From positions 65,846 through 89,845 of the forward strand of contig DASVAJ010000053.1 in NCBI GenBank assembly GCA_036376415.1: a DNA stretch of 24,000 nucleotides, read 5' to 3'. This DNA comes from Terriglobales bacterium (GTDB lineage: Bacteria > Acidobacteriota > Terriglobia > Terriglobales > Acidobacteriaceae). Both the position numbers and the translations under genes were made by a program. This document shows positions 1 to 8,368 of the stretch, in pieces (position 1 is the stretch's first letter; every line of letters begins with the position of its first letter). A model generated the notes under the pieces. It did not search any database. It saw only the letters and a list, made by a program, of their open reading frames with translations, and was not told the DNA's origin.

Positions 1-654
1 TTGTTCTTTTTCTTTTTCTATAGTAATGGTGATCCGGACTGGATTCGGGTTGGTAACTTGGATCAGGGGATCGGAAACGTAGGCGATGCGCGTAACCGTG
101 ATCTGATCGAGCACGCCGGTGATGTCGATGGGATCAGTGATGGCACTGTCGACGGCGTCGACCTGCTTCTTGGGGCCGATAATTTCCACCGTCGCCGGAT
201 CCGTGAAAATGGAACCGACCTGATAGCTGGGGACAACGCGAGGTTTGACCGGCACTTCGCGCACCGCGCGAATATCGAAATTCACGTGGACTTCGCTGGG
301 CACCACTTGCGCGACTTCCAGCTTATCGGGCACGGTGATGGCTTTCGTAAGATCGAAGCTGCGCTCTCCGGGATGTATTCCGGTCACGTCAACCTCGGCG
401 CGTACGTCGGCGGGTTCCAGGCGGCGCACGATTCGCTCCGGCCCACGCACCCGAATCTGCACCGTAGGAATGTTCTCGGAACTGATCTCCAGATCAGCGG
501 GAACATTGCTGAAAATGATGGGCACGTTCAACGCCACTTCCGAGGGCGGGCTGCTGGAAACGGCCAGCCATAAGGCTGAAGCCAAGGCCAACGAAGTGAT
601 CTTCAGCGCAAGATTATGAAACACGTGGCGGCGGAAAAAATCGCGGGCGCTCAC
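1..654 (-). CDS. cdaR: YbbR-repeat protein, CdaR-like regulator of diadenylate cyclase (3' end runs off the window)
   Basis: This ORF is absent from the supplied track because it has no stop inside the window. Checking plus-strand triplets 1-3, 4-6 and so on shows no TTA/CTA/TCA from 1 to 669, so the minus frame is open. The first start is GTG at 654-652, overlapping the cdaA stop (GTGA). The product begins VSARDFFRRHVFHNLALKITSLALASALWLAVSS (a TM helix). It continues ...VALNVPIIFSNVPADLEISSENIPTVQIRVRGPERIVRRLEPADVRAEVDVTGIHPGERSFDL..., which is a typical YbbR repeat pattern. A position directly downstream of cdaA is the canonical arrangement. Confidence 0.7.
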   Translation of the reverse strand, partial: MSARDFFRRHVFHNLALKITSLALASALWLAVSSSPPSEVALNVPIIFSNVPADLEISSENIPTVQIRVRGPERIVRRLEPADVRAEVDVTGIHPGERSFDLTKAITVPDKLEVAQVVPSEVHVNFDIRAVREVPVKPRVVPSYQVGSIFTDPATVEIIGPKKQVDAVDSAITDPIDITGVLDQITVTRIAYVSDPLIQVTNPNPVRITITIEKEKEQ

Positions 655-1523
655 AGGCCGCCTCCGGGTTTATTGAAGTCCGAGGAGCGGATGGGAATTT
701 CGTTCTCGTCATCCAGCATGCCGGCGCCGGTCGCAATGGTGGTTGGAAGCGGGGTGGGCGGAACATAACGGCGGAGCAGCGTGCCCATGCGGTCGCGCAG
801 TTGCTCGATGGTGAGATCGCGTTCAATGGCGCCCCCTACCGCGAGACTGATGCTACCGGTTTCCTCCGAGACGATGATGGCGATGGAATCGGTTTCTTCG
901 GTGATGCCGATGCCGGCCCGGTGCCGGGTGCCGAGCTGGGTGGACAAAATGGGATTCATGGAAAGCGGCAGGAAACAGGCCGCGGCGGAGATGCGGTCGC
1001 CGCGAATGATCACGGCACCATCGTGCAAGGGCGCGCTGGGACGGAAAATTGTGGCCAGCAGGTCGTAGGAGAGCTGGGCATCGATGGCGACGCCGCTTTC
1101 GATGTAGGTGCGCAGTCCGATCTCCCGCTCAATGACCATGAGAGCGCCGGTCTGGTTTTGCGAGAACAGATTCGCGGCCATGACGATGTCGTCGTAGGCA
1201 TCGGCTTCCGCACCCGAGGAGCGCGTGAGCGTGAGCCGCCGGCCGAGGCGAGCCAGGGCCTGGCGAATCTCGGGGGCGAAAATCACGATCAGGGCGAACA
1301 CCGCGTAGGGAAGAACGCGCGAGATCAGCCAGTTCAACGTGACCAGTTGGCCAACTCGCGAGAAGTAAAAAGCGAGGACAACGATGGAAACGCCAACCAG
1401 GATCAGAGCAGCGCGGGTGCCGCGGATTAGCGCCAGGAACTCATAAATGATGATGGCCACCAATAGGATGTCGATCACCGAGATCACCGTCAGATGTGGC
1501 CAGGCGCCGGCGACTGGAAGCAT
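651..1523 (-). CDS. cdaA: Diadenylate cyclase CdaA (membrane-anchored DisA_N/DAC domain)
   Basis: 290-aa ORF. It has N-terminal hydrophobic helices (ISVIDILLVAIIIYEFLALI, ALILVGVSIVVLAFYF, VFALIVIFAPEI) followed by a DAC domain with the LHDGAVIIRGDRI and GTRHRAGIGITEETD motifs. The ATG at 1523 is preceded by GAGGAG. Confidence 0.9.
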   Translation of the reverse strand: MLPVAGAWPHLTVISVIDILLVAIIIYEFLALIRGTRAALILVGVSIVVLAFYFSRVGQLVTLNWLISRVLPYAVFALIVIFAPEIRQALARLGRRLTLTRSSGAEADAYDDIVMAANLFSQNQTGALMVIEREIGLRTYIESGVAIDAQLSYDLLATIFRPSAPLHDGAVIIRGDRISAAACFLPLSMNPILSTQLGTRHRAGIGITEETDSIAIIVSEETGSISLAVGGAIERDLTIEQLRDRMGTLLRRYVPPTPLPTTIATGAGMLDDENEIPIRSSDFNKPGGGL

Positions 1524-1684
1524 GCTCTCCTCTGTCAGGGGCTGGGGATTGCGCGTTCACGCCATTGTAATTCAGCGGTTTGGTGGTTGGGCAGTGGGTG
1601 GGCAGGACACGGAGGTTGGCTTTCGGTTCTCGGTCCTTGGTTCTTGCCGGCTCTCAGCGGCGCATGAAGGAACCGCCCACGGAT

Positions 1685-3052
1685 TCACGCCTTCTTTTCG
1701 ACCCGGGCCGTCAGGCTGCCCTCGGCCAGACGCGCGGAGATTTCGTCGCCCGGCTCAACCTCTGCTGAGCTCTTGACCAGTTGGCCCGACGCATTGAAGA
1801 CCAGGGCGTAACCGCGTTCCAGAATGGCCGTGGGCGAAAGCGCTTTCAATTGATGTTCAAACTGTTGGAGACGCGCGCGCTGGCGAAGAAGGGCGGCTTT
1901 CATGGTCGCGGCCAGGGTGGAGGTGTGCGAGACCAGATCGCGCCGGATTCCTGCAAGAATTCGGCGCGCGTCATAGTGGCGCACGGCAGCAGAGACTCGC
2001 TCCCAGTGCCGGCGGTTTTTCTCGAGAATCTTGCGCTCAGCTTTTTCCAGCCGGAAGGCGAGCTCGTCGACTCTTTGCTGCCGCTGGTTAATCCCATCCA
2101 TCATGCGGGCGAAGGCGCCGTGCTGGGCGGCCTCGGTCAGAGCTTGCCGGGCCATGAGCAGGCGGTAGCGGACAGCACGGGCCAAACGCAAACGCAGCCC
2201 TTCGGCTTGCTCTTCGAGTTCCTGGCGCGAGCGGATGACCAGTTCGGCGGCCGCCGATGGTGTAGGCGCGCGCAGGTCCGCGACGAAGTCAATGATGGTG
2301 AAATCGGTTTCGTGCCCGATGGCGGAAATCACCGGAATCTGCGAGCCGGCCACAGCTCGCGCCAAACCTTCATGATTGAAAGCGGCCAAATCTTCCGCAG
2401 AGCCGCCCCCGCGGGCCACGATGATGACGTCCACGTCTTTGGAGCGGTTGAAGTAACGAAGGCCGGCGCTCACTTCGACAGGAGCGGTTTCTCCCTGCAC
2501 CTGCGCAGGGTAAATCAAAACATTTGCGGTGTGATGGCGGCGGCGCAGGATGTTCAGAATGTCACGAAGCGCGGCGGCTTGAGGCGAGGTCACAATACCA
2601 ATTCGCCCGGGTAAGGCGGGAATCGGCTTCTTGCGGGAAGAGTCGAACAGGCCTTCGGCTTCGAGCTTGGCCTTGAGCTGCTCGAAGGCGAGCTGCAATG
2701 CGCCGGCGCCCTTGGGCTCGAGGTACTCGGCCGAGAGCTGCAACTCGCCCCGTCCTTCGTAGATGGTCACCCGGCCGCGCAACACCACCTGCATCCCGTC
2801 CTGCGGGCGGAAACGCAGCAGTCGCGCCTGCGAGCGAAACATGACCGCGCGAATCTGCGCGCCTTCGTCTTTCAATGTGAAGTAGAGGTGGCCGGAGTCG
2901 TGCGCGCGGAAATTGGAAATTTCGCCCTCCACCCAGATGTCGCTGTACTCGCGCTCGAGATGCGTTCGGACAGCCGAAACCAGGTCCCGCACCACCCAGA
3001 CGCGGCGCTCAGGAGCTTTGAAGCTGAAACCTAGCTGATCGGCGGAGGCCAC
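1685..3052 (-). CDS. xseA: Exodeoxyribonuclease VII large subunit
   Basis: The ORF carries an OB-fold N-terminus (IWVEGEISNFRAHDSGHLYFTLKD) and the catalytic core [67 protein letters not shown]. The longest ORF starts at GTG 3097, but its first 8 codons (SLCLCGV) are the reverse complement of an intergenic CACAGRG repeat. I therefore place the start at the in-frame GTG at 3052. The start is uncertain (TTG 3073 is also possible). Confidence 0.85.
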   Translation of the reverse strand: MASADQLGFSFKAPERRVWVVRDLVSAVRTHLEREYSDIWVEGEISNFRAHDSGHLYFTLKDEGAQIRAVMFRSQARLLRFRPQDGMQVVLRGRVTIYEGRGELQLSAEYLEPKGAGALQLAFEQLKAKLEAEGLFDSSRKKPIPALPGRIGIVTSPQAAALRDILNILRRRHHTANVLIYPAQVQGETAPVEVSAGLRYFNRSKDVDVIIVARGGGSAEDLAAFNHEGLARAVAGSQIPVISAIGHETDFTIIDFVADLRAPTPSAAAELVIRSRQELEEQAEGLRLRLARAVRYRLLMARQALTEAAQHGAFARMMDGINQRQQRVDELAFRLEKAERKILEKNRRHWERVSAAVRHYDARRILAGIRRDLVSHTSTLAATMKAALLRQRARLQQFEHQLKALSPTAILERGYALVFNASGQLVKSSAEVEPGDEISARLAEGSLTARVEKKA

Positions 3053-3076
3053 TGCGAGGAGTTTACCGGACAAAAC

Positions 3077-3107
3077 GCCACAGAGACACAGGGACACAGG
3101 GAAAACC
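3077..3107. repeat. CACAGRG-type short repeat element (copy 1)
   Basis: GCCACAGAGACACAGGGACACAGGGAAAACC. This is a tandem of ACACAGGG-like units. It closely resembles 7262-7290 (ACCACGGGGACACAGAGGCACAGAAAAC) in the same orientation. Both copies lie just 5' of a minus-strand gene start. Confidence 0.6.
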
Positions 3108-3195
3108 AGCAGATTCTTTGTCCCTCGTTCGAACCCGACTGGTGGACTTCGTGCTTCTGTGGTGAACTGTGAATTCCAAGCACCATGGAGGGCGC

Positions 3196-4020
3196 ATGTC
3201 CACCGAAGCCATACTCGCCGGGGTCCCGATCTTCTCGCTGCTGGACGACGAAGAGCGTGCGGACCTGGTAAAGCTGCTCACGCCAAAAGCGATTGCCGCG
3301 GGGCAGAAAATCTTTCGCACCGGCGATCCGGCGCTGGCGCTTTACGTAATTCGCAGCGGGCGTGTGCGCATTCTGCTGGATACCTACGAAGGCGAAGAGA
3401 TTCCGTTGCTCGATCTGGAGAGCGGAGACGTTGTCGGCGAAGTGTCGTTTCTCGATGGTGGAGCGCGCACCGCGACCGCGGAAGCGGTCGAGCCGTGCGA
3501 ACTGCTGGAGTTCAACCGCAAGGAACTGCTGCAATTTGTGACTATTCATCCGCATGCGGCTGTCGACCTGCTGACCGCGATTGGCAAGAGGCTGCGCAGG
3601 ACCGACGAACTGCTGCGCACCCGGGTCACGCGCAATCCTAACGTCGAAGAGGAAGAACGGCTGACCCTCGGACACCGCGTGGCCGACAAGGTCGCGAGCT
3701 TCGGCGGCTCGTGGACCTTCATTTTCCTATTCGCGCTGATTCTGATCTCCTGGGTGACCGTAAACAGCGCGCTGGTTCTACGCCACCCGTTCGATCCCTA
3801 TCCTTACATTTTGCTCAACCTGTTTCTGTCGATGTTGGCTGCCATTCAAGCGCCAGTCATCATGATGAGCCAAAACCGGCAGGCGGCAAAAGACCGGCTC
3901 AAGGGGGAGTTGGATTATCGCGTGGATACCAAGGCGGAGTTGGAGATTGCCCACCTGCACCGAAAAGTGGACCAGATCTATGAGGTCCTGCAGGCGGAGT
4001 TTGGGAAAGTCCGAGGGTGA
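3196..4020 (+). CDS. Cyclic-nucleotide-binding domain protein fused to a DUF1003 membrane domain
   Basis: The N-terminal half looks like a cNMP-binding (Crp-type) beta-roll: IFSLLDDEERADLVK..., GDPALALYVIRSGRVRI, GDVVGEVSFLDGGARTATAEAV. The C-terminal half matches DUF1003 as I remember it: FGGSWTFIFLFALILISWVTVN...FDPYPYILLNLFLSMLAAIQAPVIMMSQNRQAAKDR...DYRVDTKAELEI. I chose the start at ATG 3196 because GGAGGG lies 4 nt upstream. The longest ORF starts at 3169. Confidence 0.8.
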   Translation: MSTEAILAGVPIFSLLDDEERADLVKLLTPKAIAAGQKIFRTGDPALALYVIRSGRVRILLDTYEGEEIPLLDLESGDVVGEVSFLDGGARTATAEAVEPCELLEFNRKELLQFVTIHPHAAVDLLTAIGKRLRRTDELLRTRVTRNPNVEEEERLTLGHRVADKVASFGGSWTFIFLFALILISWVTVNSALVLRHPFDPYPYILLNLFLSMLAAIQAPVIMMSQNRQAAKDRLKGELDYRVDTKAELEIAHLHRKVDQIYEVLQAEFGKVRG

Positions 4021-4066
4021 CGGTAAAAATCAGAAACACAACCGTCCGAAGCGAGGCAGATGTGAG

Positions 4067-4129
4067 TCTGCGGATTTCAAATGTGCGTTGCGGAACGCGA
4101 TCCAATCTCATCTGCAATCTGCGATTTCA
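4067..4129. repeat. Direct repeat TCTGCG(G)ATTTCA x2 in a convergent intergenic region
   Basis: TCTGCGGATTTCA at 4067-4079 and TCTGCGATTTCA at 4118-4129. The second copy is preceded by ATCTCATCTGCAATC. A small hairpin GCGTT-GCGG-AACGC lies between the two copies. Confidence 0.4.
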
Positions 4130-4139
4130 GTGGCTTTCG

Positions 4140-4301
4140 CTATGGCATTTGCAGGATCTTGCCCCGTGTCGATTGATCGGGCTGGGGGATGGATTTATCG
4201 CGCAGGAGTTTTCCCACCAGGCGCAGGGCTGCGACTTCCTCCTGCAGGCGTTCCAGTTCCGCTTCCTTCCGGCGCAGTACTTCGATGGGATCCTTTTGCA
4301 T
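4140..4301 (-). CDS. Small hypothetical protein, 53 aa, predicted coiled coil
   Basis: It falls below the track's length cut-off and was found by hand translation: MQKDPIEVLRRKEAELERLQEEVAALRLVGKLLRDKSIPQPDQSTRGKILQMP. The ATG at 4301 is preceded by GAGGAGAACG, a strong SD. It is on the same strand as rlmH, 92 nt downstream. No family was recognised. Confidence 0.4.
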   Translation of the reverse strand: MQKDPIEVLRRKEAELERLQEEVAALRLVGKLLRDKSIPQPDQSTRGKILQMP

Positions 4302-4393
4302 CGTTCTCCTCGGCGCTTAATGCCTGATGAGAATGTACGATTCGAAGGCGGATGGGAAAACGTCACCTGAGTACAACGCCGGGAACTCGGGAA

Positions 4394-4837
4394 TCAGTGG
4401 CCCAGATGGTACGGATGACCCTTGAGGATAGTGAACGCCCGATACACCTGCTCCAGTAACGTTACGCGCGCCAGTTCATGGGCCATGGTCATCTTCCCCA
4501 GGGAAAGCCTGAAATCGGCCCGGGACAGCACATTCGGAGTGAAACCATCGGCGGGGCCAACGGCAAAGATCAAGGGCAGGGGATTGCGATCCTGGTGGTC
4601 GCGAAGAAAGTCTGCGAATTCCTCCGAAGAGAGCTGCTTGCCGCGCGAATCGAGCAGCACCAGCCTGGCCCGCGTGCCGCGGCCATCGCGGCCGGCGAGC
4701 TTCAGCAACGCGGTCTCATCCTTGAGGGCGATGCCTGGCGTATCCGCATACTGGCGCAGGCGTTTCAGGTACTCGTCGGTGAGGGACTGGACGGCGGCAG
4801 TTTTTGTTTTTCCGATCCAGGCAATGGTGAGCTTCAC
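4394..4837 (-). CDS. rlmH: 23S rRNA (pseudouridine1915-N3)-methyltransferase RlmH (SPOUT)
   Basis: 147-aa ORF with the typical RlmH layout: KLTIAWIGKTK...EYLKRL...LLDSRGKQLSSEEFA...IFAVGPADGF...LSLGKMTMAHELARVTLLEQVYRAFTILKGHPYH. The start codon is GTG. Confidence 0.9.
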   Translation of the reverse strand: MKLTIAWIGKTKTAAVQSLTDEYLKRLRQYADTPGIALKDETALLKLAGRDGRGTRARLVLLDSRGKQLSSEEFADFLRDHQDRNPLPLIFAVGPADGFTPNVLSRADFRLSLGKMTMAHELARVTLLEQVYRAFTILKGHPYHLGH

Positions 4838-4847
4838 GCGGAAAAGA

Positions 4848-4960
4848 TTTTAACCGCAAAGGGCGCCAAGGTGGCGCAAAGGCCGCGAAGTGAAAAAATG
4901 TCGTAGGTCGCGGTCTTGTTGGCGCCCTTTGCGAGATCTTGGCGAACTTTGCGGTTAAAG
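4848..4960. repeat. Inverted pair of a composite CGCAAAG-type element (REP/MITE-like) between rsfS and rlmH
   Basis: The left arm, 4850-4890, reads TTAACCGCAAAGGGCGCCAAGGTGGCGCAAAGGCCGCGAAG. The reverse complement of the right arm, 4915-4958, reads TTAACCGCAAAGTTCGCCAAGATCTCGCAAAGGGCGCCAACAAG. There is a perfect 15-bp complement between 4855-4869 and 4919-4933, and a 12-bp complement between 4850-4861 and 4947-4958. Confidence 0.75.
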
Positions 4961-4964
4961 GTTT

Positions 4965-5378
4965 TTACGCCCGCTTGCGAACCGTGGCGCGGGGCGAAGC
5001 GCGCCGCCGCGGTTTACTGGTCACTGCCGCCGGCTCAATCTTCTTCGCCGTTCTCCACAATCGTTCCAGGTCATAGTAGCGCCGGGCAGAGTTGGAAAAG
5101 ACGTGCACCACGAAGTCAACATAGTCGAGCAGCACCCACTCTGCCTGCTTATAGCCTTCGATGTTATGCGGATAAACGCCTTCGCGCTTGAGCCGGAGTT
5201 CCACCTCATCGGAAATCGCCTGGATCTGGCGCGGGTTCTGGCCGCTGCAGATGAGAAAGTAATCGGTAAAGGCGCCGGAACTCTTGTCCAGCTCAAGAAT
5301 TGTCAGCTCCTCAGCTTTTTTGTCTTCGCACGCGCGGATGGCGCTGGTGAGTTGGGCAACTGCGGGATTCTTCTTCAT
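4965..5378 (-). CDS. rsfS: Ribosomal silencing factor RsfS (iojap family)
   Basis: Starting from the internal ATG at 5378 gives 137 aa: MKKNPAVAQLTSAIRACEDKKAEELTILELDKSSGAFTDYFLICSGQNPRQIQAISDEV...WVLLDYVDFVVHVFSNSARRYYDLERLW. That is the RsfS signature, followed by a basic C-terminal tail. The 270-aa track ORF extends upstream over nadD and is not credible. Confidence 0.85.
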   Translation of the reverse strand: MKKNPAVAQLTSAIRACEDKKAEELTILELDKSSGAFTDYFLICSGQNPRQIQAISDEVELRLKREGVYPHNIEGYKQAEWVLLDYVDFVVHVFSNSARRYYDLERLWRTAKKIEPAAVTSKPRRRASPRATVRKRA

Positions 5379-5461
5379 GCGGAAAATCGGCTCTTTGGCT
5401 GTCGGTCGGCGGCTCCCGGCACGCGCCCTGGAAGCGAGCGTCGAGTGACAGCTGAACCTAT

Positions 5462-7260
<1,799 letters not shown>

Positions 7261-7261
7261 T

Positions 7262-7300
7262 CACCACGGGGACACAGAGGCACAGAAAACTGCAACAGAA
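7262..7300. repeat. CACAGRG-type short repeat element (copy 2)
   Basis: CACCACGGGGACACAGAGGCACAGAAAACTGCAACAGAA lies 8 nt upstream of the obg TTG start. By eye it aligns with 3077-3107 over about 30 nt at roughly 80% identity, in the same orientation. Confidence 0.6.
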
Positions 7301-7348
7301 ATCCAGTATATCGGGACGAGACGAACCCGGGAGCAATCGTAGCCCATT

Positions 7349-7368
7349 GCTAGCCGGTGATGGCTAGC
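7349..7368 (-). terminator. Stem-loop downstream of the TIGR03435 gene (possible terminator, no U-tract)
   Basis: GCTAGCC-GGTGAT-GGCTAGC is a perfect 7-bp stem with a 6-nt loop, 40 nt past the stop at 7408. The trailing sequence on the minus strand is not U-rich. Confidence 0.25.
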
Positions 7369-7407
7369 GCGGATCGCTTATGCTGATTGAGAGTTACGAC
7401 GTCATCG

Positions 7408-8232
7408 TCAGTTGATCACAGGATGCTCAATGTGCTCCACGGTGTACACCGGCAAGGTGTCTTCGTGCCGATTCAGTTCGAGACCGAGTTTGCCCAGCAC
7501 CATGAAAATTGTGGGAAGTCTCGCGAAGCGGTTCACCCCCGGGGGAGCATCCGGTGGCGGAGGCGGCAGACGCATGGGGAACCAGCCTTCCGTATGTACA
7601 GTGAAGAGCCCCTTCAGCGACGTGCGATTTACGACAGGCAGGTCCGTCCAGTTCGCAATGTAGTGGGCGAGGTCCTCCATATTTATGGCTCTCGCGTTTA
7701 GAGGATGGCCGAACCCGGGAACAAAGTTATGGCAGCCTTCAGGGTCGGTATCGAATGTGCAGTTTTTGCCGGTGACGGGTGACAGTTGAAGCTTCGGACC
7801 ACCGCGGGCCACGATCAGAAAATAAACTGACATCCTTCTATTCTCGACGCGCATTGCGAGCCTGAAACGATGCGCGAGCAATCCACGAATTTCTTGCTGA
7901 TTTCGACTTCGCGAATCGCTGCCCCGGAGCTTTGGGTCGATGGCGTTCGCGACAGCTTTTCCTTCGATGTCGTACCTCTCACGAATGGTCCAGTCAGGAA
8001 GACGGGAAAGACGCGACGAAGGATCGATGGGCAGATCGTAAGCGTAACTCAAGAGCGCGATCACAGGGACCGCATGTGCAATCAGGTCGCCGGTCGGCAG
8101 GATTTGCATGCGCATACTGCGCGGGTCGGCTGAACCTGCTGGCCTTATAGCGATCTTTTCAAATTCTTGCGACTGAGCGGCAGGAGGGAGAGCCACAAGC
8201 AAATATAGGAAAGCCCTGGCTAACAAGGACAT
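7408..8232 (-). CDS. Secreted protein of the TIGR03435 'soil-associated' paralogous family
   Basis: The start at ATG 8232 is preceded by AAGGAGG. There is a signal peptide MSLLARAFLYLLVALPPAAQSQ, then FEKIAIRPAG... The family hallmarks as I remember them are all present: LPDWTIRERYDIEGKA, LLAHRFRLAMRVENRRMSVYFLIVARGGPKLQ, and the C-terminal LGKLGLELNRHEDTLPVYTVEHIEHPVIN. The 18 codons upstream in the track ORF are probably not translated. Confidence 0.8.
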   Translation of the reverse strand: MSLLARAFLYLLVALPPAAQSQEFEKIAIRPAGSADPRSMRMQILPTGDLIAHAVPVIALLSYAYDLPIDPSSRLSRLPDWTIRERYDIEGKAVANAIDPKLRGSDSRSRNQQEIRGLLAHRFRLAMRVENRRMSVYFLIVARGGPKLQLSPVTGKNCTFDTDPEGCHNFVPGFGHPLNARAINMEDLAHYIANWTDLPVVNRTSLKGLFTVHTEGWFPMRLPPPPPDAPPGVNRFARLPTIFMVLGKLGLELNRHEDTLPVYTVEHIEHPVIN

Positions 8233-8312
8233 GCTCCATCCCTCCTTAGCTGGATTCAGCGAGTACGCAGTCTTTTTCGCCAGCACTGCACTCGACCATT
8301 TGTTTTCGTTAA

Positions 8313-8335
8313 GGATTGCCTGACGGTGGCAATCC
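8313..8335 (-). terminator. Stem-loop downstream of lpxA (possible terminator, no U-tract)
   Basis: GGATTGCC-TGACGGT-GGCAATCC is a perfect 8-bp stem with a 7-nt loop, 34 nt past the lpxA stop. It is followed on the minus strand by TTAACGAAAAC, which is not U-rich. Confidence 0.3.
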
Positions 8336-8368
8336 GATCCCCAGCATGGACTCCAAGATCGAGTCTCA

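Noticed and set aside
1-573. 190-aa plus-strand ORF starting at the window edge (TTG)
   Set aside because: It lies in the exact antisense codon phase of the YbbR/CdaR frame. Its composition is Gly/Asp/His/Arg-rich with no recognisable domain. This is a typical shadow ORF of GC-rich coding DNA.
1524-1684. Looked for xseB (Exo VII small subunit), a tRNA or a riboswitch in the xseA-cdaA spacer
   Set aside because: There is no ORF with the XseB helical-hairpin pattern and no tRNA-like T-arm or anticodon structure. The two plus-strand track ORFs here have no RBS or motifs. xseB is presumably encoded elsewhere.
1781-2614. 277-aa plus-strand ORF
   Set aside because: It is entirely antisense to the well-supported xseA gene and has no domain features.
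3031-3675. 214-aa minus-strand ORF spanning the xseA/cNMP divergent region
   Set aside because: It is antisense to the cNMP-binding domain coding sequence and overlaps the xseA 5' end. It has no recognisable motifs.
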